A DNA stretch of 64,000 nucleotides from Eledone cirrhosa (taxonomy: Eukaryota). Shown one piece after another: positions 61,101-64,000 of this stretch. The stretch spans positions 28,334,001 to 28,398,000 of the forward strand of contig OZ024741.1 in NCBI GenBank assembly GCA_964016885.1, written 5' to 3'. The number at the start of each line of letters is the position of its first letter. Positions within the stretch are counted from its first letter, which is position 1. Below the pieces are notes generated by a model. The model was not told the origin of the DNA. It searched no databases and saw nothing but the letters and a program-made list of their open reading frames with translations. The position numbers and the translations under genes are program-made.

Positions 61101-63250
61101 TGTATATATCTGGATATAACTACATATAGATACTGTCAGTGGTACTACAGTGTAGGTTATTGGTAGATAACTGGTATATATAGGGATATAACTACACATA
61201 GATACTGTCAGTGGTACTACAGTGTAGGTTATTGGTAGATAACTGGTATATATAGGGATATAACTACACATAGATACTGACAGTGGTACTACAGTGTAGT
61301 TTATTGGTATATAACTGGAATATATAGAGATATAACTACATATACAGATACTGTCAGTCTTACTACATTGTAGGTTATTGGTAGATAACTGGTATATATA
61401 GGGATATAACTACATATAGATACTGTCAGTGGTACTACAGTGTAGGTTATTGGTTGATAGCTGGTATATATAGGGATATAACTTCACATAGATACTGTCA
61501 GTGGTACTACAGTGTAGGTTATTGGTAGATAACTGGTATATATAGGGATATAACTACACATAGATACTATCAGTCTTACTAGAGTGTAGGTTATTGGTAG
61601 ATAACTGGTATATATAAGGATATAACTACACATAGATATTGTCAGTGGTACTCTAGTGTAGGTTATTGGTAGATCACTGGTATATATAGGGATATAACTA
61701 AACATAGACACTGTCAGTGGTACTACAGTGTAGGTTATTGGTATATAACTGGTATATATAGGGATATAACTACATATAGATACTGTCAGTGGTACTACGT
61801 TGTAGGTTATTGGTATATAACTGGAATATATAGCGATATAACTACACATAGATAGTGTCAGTGGTACTACAGTGTAGGTTATTGGTATATAACTGGTATA
61901 TATAGGGATATAACTACATATAGATACTGTCAGTGGTACTATAGTGTAGGTTATTGGTATATCAATGGTATATATAGGGATATAACTACATAGAGATACT
62001 GTCAGTGGTACTACAGTGTAGGTTATTGGTATATAACTGGTATATATAGGGATATAACTACACATAGATACTGTCAGTGGTACTACAGTGTAGGTTATTG
62101 CTATATAACTGGTATATATAGGGATATAACTACATATAGATACTGACAGTGGTACTACAGTGTAGGTTATTGGTAGATAACTGGTATATATCTGGATATA
62201 ACTACATATAGATAATGTCAGTGGTACTACAGTGTAGGTTATTGGTAGATAACTGGTATATATAGGGATATAACTACATATAGATACTGTCAGTGGTACT
62301 ACAGTGTAGGTTATTGGTATATAACTGGTATATATAGGGATATAACTACATATAGATACTGTCAGTGGTACTACAGTGTAGGTTATTGGTATATAACTGG
62401 TATATATAGGGATATAACTATACATAGATACTGTCAGTGGTACTACAGTGTAGGTTATTGGTAGAGAACTGGTATATATAGGGATATAACTACATATAGA
62501 TACTGACAGTGGTACTACAGTGTAGGTTATTGGTATATGACTGGGATATAGAAGGATATAAATACATATAGATACAGTCAGTGGAACTACAGTGTAGGTT
62601 ATTGGTAGATAACTGGTATATATAGGGATATAACTACACATAGATACTGTCAGTGTTACTACAGTGTAGGTTATTGGTATAGAACTGGTATATATAGGGA
62701 TATAACTACATATACAGATACTGTCAGTCTTACTACAGTGTAGTTTATTGGTATATAACTGGGATATATAGAGATATAACTACATATACAGTTACTGTCA
62801 GTCTTACTACAGTGTAGGTTATTGGTAGATAACTGGTATATATAGGGATATAACTACATATAGATACTGTCAGTGGTACTACAGTGTAGGTTATTGGTTG
62901 ATAGCTGGTATATATAGGGATATAACTACACATAGATACTGTCAGTTGTACTACAGTGTAGGTTATTGGTAGATAACTGGTATATATAGGGATATAACTA
63001 CATATAGATACTGTCAGTGGTACTATAGTGTAGGTTATTGGTATATCAATGGTATATATAGGGATATAACTACACATAGATACTGTCAGTGGTACTACAG
63101 TGTAGGGTATTGGTATATAACTTGTATATATAGGGAAATAACTATATATAGATACTGTCAGTGGTACTACAGTGTAAGTTATTGGTAGATAACTGGTATA
63201 TATAGGGATATAACTGCACATAGATACTAACAGTGGTACTACAGTGTAGG
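58200..63250. repeat. Duplication ~58200-59430 repeated at ~62025-63250 (offset 3825 bp), with related partial copies at offsets 4473 and 3247
   Basis: ORF starts 58816/62641 and ORFs 58920..59396 / 62745..63221 are offset by 3825. Shared variants are GACTGGGATATAGAAGG and ACTAACAG. ORF ends 57011/61484 and 60330/63577 mark the other partial copies. Confidence 0.85.
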
Positions 63251-64000
63251 TTATTGGTATATAACTGGTATATATAGGGATATAACTACATATAGATACT
63301 GTAAGTGGTACTATAGTGTAGGTTATTGGTATATAACTGGTATATATAGGGATATAACTACATATACAGATACTGTAAGTCTTACTACAGTGCAGGTTAT
63401 TGTATATAACTGGTATATATAGAGATATAACTACATATACAGATACTGTCAGTCTTACTACAGTGTAGGTTATTGGTAGATAACTGGTATATATAGGGAT
63501 ATAATTACATATAGATACTGTCAGTGGTACTACAGTGTAGGTTATTGGTAGATAACTGGTATATATAGGGATATAACTACACAGATACTGTCAGTCTTAC
63601 TAGCGTGTAGGTTATTGGTATATCACTGGTATATATAGGGATATAACTGCACATAGATACTGTCAGTGGTACTACAGTGTAGGTTATTGGTAGATAACTG
63701 GTATATATAGGGATATAACTACACATAGATACTGACAGTGGTACTACAGTGTAGGTTATTGGTATATAACTGGTATATATAGGGATATAACTACACATAG
63801 ATACTGATAGTGGTACTACAGTGTAGGTTATTGGTATATAACTGGTATATATAGGGATATAACTACATAGAGATACTGTCAGTGGTACTACAGTGTAGGT
63901 TATTGGTAGATAACTGGTATATATAGGGATATAACTACACATAGATACTGTCAGTGGTACTACAGTGTAGGTTATTGGTAGATAACTGGTAAATACAGGG

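Larger units (their letters stand above)
1..64000. repeat. 72-bp tandem repeat (satellite DNA) array, ~890 head-to-tail monomers, running off both window ends
   Basis: The consensus TGGTACTACAGTGTAGGTTATTGGTATATAACTGGTATATATAGGGATATAACTACATATAGATACTGTCAG recurs every 72 bp from base 1 to the end, typically with 0-4 substitutions per copy and occasional 1-4 bp indels. Every ORF in the track is the same 24-aa repeat on the minus strand, so orientation never flips. Confidence 0.99.

Noticed and set aside
487-63942. The minus-strand ORFs as annotated CDSs (mucin, adhesin, ice-binding or membrane repeat protein)
   Set aside because: They arise because 72 is divisible by 3 and one frame lacks stops. 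Starts are just the ATA>ATG monomer variant, ends are indel or nonsense variants, and there is no non-repeat domain or synonymous bias.
1-64000. CRISPR array (period ~72 bp resembles repeat plus spacer)
   Set aside because: The entire 72 bp is repeated. There are no unique spacers, no leader and no cas genes.
1-64000. TATA boxes or promoters (TATATAA, TATATATA in each monomer)
   Set aside because: These are part of the TA-rich repeat unit, with no downstream gene or other supporting context.
1-64000. Telomeric repeat or G-quadruplex array (TAGGG, TAGG, G-skew)
   Set aside because: There is only one GGG per 72 bp and no short tandem telomere unit. The GG runs are too sparse for a credible stable G4.
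1-64000. tRNA-derived or structured ncRNA tandem array (72 nt is tRNA-sized, and the minus unit can be phased to end in CCA)
   Set aside because: There is no cloverleaf, no T-loop GTTCRA and no A/B boxes. The stems are only 4-5 bp and the CCA end depends on arbitrary phasing.
1-64000. Diversity-generating or antigenic-variation cassette system, or information encoded in variant order
   Set aside because: Variant patterns are explained by nested duplication of monomer runs. No recombinase, reverse transcriptase, expression site or adenine-specific mutagenesis is visible.
1-64000. Embedded transposon, inversion or unique island
   Set aside because: None was found reading through the window. 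Gaps between ORFs are still the same monomer in the same orientation.

Overview
The whole 64 kb is one uninterrupted, single-orientation tandem array (satellite DNA) of a 72-bp monomer, about 890 copies. The consensus is TGGTACTACAGTGTAGGTTATTGGTATATAACTGGTATATATAGGGATATAACTACATATAGATACTGTCAG (23/72 G+C, 16 G vs 7 C on +, no CpG). I see no unique sequence, recognisable gene, RNA gene, transposon insertion or CRISPR spacer. All listed ORFs are the monomer read on the minus strand as a 24-aa unit (LTVSICSYIPIYTSYIPITYTVVP) and are most likely a by-product of a stop-free 72-bp unit. The informative structure is internal: (i) nested higher-order duplications with periods of 940, 3826, 3328/3400, 8388, 2532, 1078, 4392 and 3825 bp; (ii) a linked 74-bp monomer subtype; (iii) a three-monomer cassette that recurs across the array; (iv) a change in variant set and homogeneity near 34.4 kb; (v) three small dyads and ~10.3-bp phased ATATA motifs in each monomer; (vi) a +2/-1/+2 cassette that restores the minus-strand frame. 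I cannot name the organism or satellite family. The sequence alone does not support a new biological system beyond a possibly undescribed satellite with higher-order repeat (HOR) organisation.
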